Positions 31,367 through 32,000 of a DNA stretch of 32,000 nt are shown in pieces. Source of the stretch: Micrococcus luteus NCTC 2665 (GTDB taxonomy: Bacteria; Actinomycetota; Actinomycetes; Actinomycetales; Micrococcaceae); assembly GCF_000023205.1 (NCBI RefSeq), contig NC_012803.1, positions 870,001-902,000 of the forward strand, read 5' to 3'. How positions within the stretch are numbered: position 1 is the stretch's first letter; every line of letters starts with the position of its first letter. The notes under the pieces are model-generated. The model was not told the DNA's origin. It saw only the letters and a program-made list of their open reading frames with translations, and did not search any database. A program made the translations under genes and the position numbers.

Positions 31367-32000
31367 GCGGCGGGCGCGCCCCCGTGCCGGGGCTGGACTT
31401 CACCGCGATCGACTTCGAGACCGCCAACGGCTTCCGCGGCTCCCCGTGCGCCGTGGGCGCCGTCCGGGTGCGGGACGGGGTCATGGTGGACCGTGCCGAG
31501 TGGCTGATCCGTCCGCCCGTCGGCTTCGACCGGTTCGATCCCCGCAACGTGCGCATCCACGGCATCACCGAGGACCGCGTCCTGGACGCCCCCCGGTTCG
31601 CGCAGGTGTACGACGAGCTCGCGGACTTCGTGGGGACGGACGTGCTCGCGGCGCACAACGCGGGCTTCGACGTCGGCGTCATCGAGTCCGGCCTCGAGGT
31701 CTCCGGCCGGGACGTGCCGGGCCTGGAGTTCGTGTGCACCCTGGTGCTGGCGCGCCGCGTCTACGACCTGCCCTCGTACGCCCTGCCCTCCGCGGCGCGC
31801 GAGGCCGGCTTCACCCCGGGGCGCCACCACGACGCACTGGCCGACGCCGAGGCCTGCGCGGCCATCCTCGTGGACATCGCCCGGCGTGTGCTGGGGGCGC
31901 AGCCGGCCGACGCGGACGTCCTGCCGGGGCTGACCGAGGCGCCGGCCGGCCGCGGCGTCGACCGCCTGATGCGGGCCCAGGGGCTGAGCGTCAGCGTCCT
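31363..32000 (+). CDS. DEDDh 3'-5' exonuclease (DnaQ/epsilon-like); 3' end lies outside the window
   Basis: GTGA overlap with rdgB. My own translation gives [23 protein letters not shown] (Exo I), LAAHNAGFDVGV (Exo II) and HHDALADAEA (Exo III, H-x4-D). It is absent from the ORF track because there is no stop in the window. Confidence 0.8.
   Translation, partial: MSGGRAPVPGLDFTAIDFETANGFRGSPCAVGAVRVRDGVMVDRAEWLIRPPVGFDRFDPRNVRIHGITEDRVLDAPRFAQVYDELADFVGTDVLAAHNAGFDVGVIESGLEVSGRDVPGLEFVCTLVLARRVYDLPSYALPSAAREAGFTPGRHHDALADAEACAAILVDIARRVLGAQPADADVLPGLTEAPAGRGVDRLMRAQGLSVSV

Overview
High-GC (about 72-73%) actinobacterial chromosome. It is probably Micrococcus or a close Micrococcaceae relative, because Rho carries the large Arg/Asn/Asp/Gly-rich insertion described for Micrococcus luteus Rho. 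The window is a densely packed, conserved core region. From memory its gene order matches M. tuberculosis Rv1296-Rv1312, Rv1321-24 and Rv1330c-Rv1341. The order is: thrB (3' part), rho, prfA, prmC, tsaC, wecA/rfe, an AtpI-position membrane protein, atpBEFHAGDC, DUF2550, nucS (minus strand), a Zn-ribbon protein, an AI-2E transporter (minus), a redox-inactive thioredoxin-TPR protein, an ABC ATPase plus 12-TM permease, DUF3039, an SF2 helicase, a decayed P1B-type ATPase relic, GNAT-pncA-pncB (minus), clpS, DUF2017, murI, an MBL-fold hydrolase, rph, rdgB and a DEDDh exonuclease (3' end outside the window). I saw no rRNA, tRNA, CRISPR array, IS element, prophage or recognisable defence island. All product calls come from motif recognition by eye, since no searches were possible. 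The most notable observations are: (1) an in-frame TGA inside thrB; (2) a candidate 40-codon leader ORF with a strong SD whose stop overlaps the rho start (GTGA), in a roughly 335-nt TA-free leader; (3) a repeat-built disordered insertion in Rho; (4) seven gene starts with the same TANNNT-N6/7-start-codon geometry, suggesting leaderless mRNAs; (5) a CGGTCC/GGACCG N9 inverted repeat at two of those promoters; (6) a DUF3039 protein with an RGG-like tail, translationally coupled to a helicase; (7) a multiply frameshifted, doubly truncated heavy-metal ATPase relic with a TPCP motif; (8) unusual ATP synthase regulatory architecture (alpha C-terminal tail, epsilon without its helical domain, duplicated delta). 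No clearly novel multi-gene system is evident; the findings are hypotheses of modest strength.
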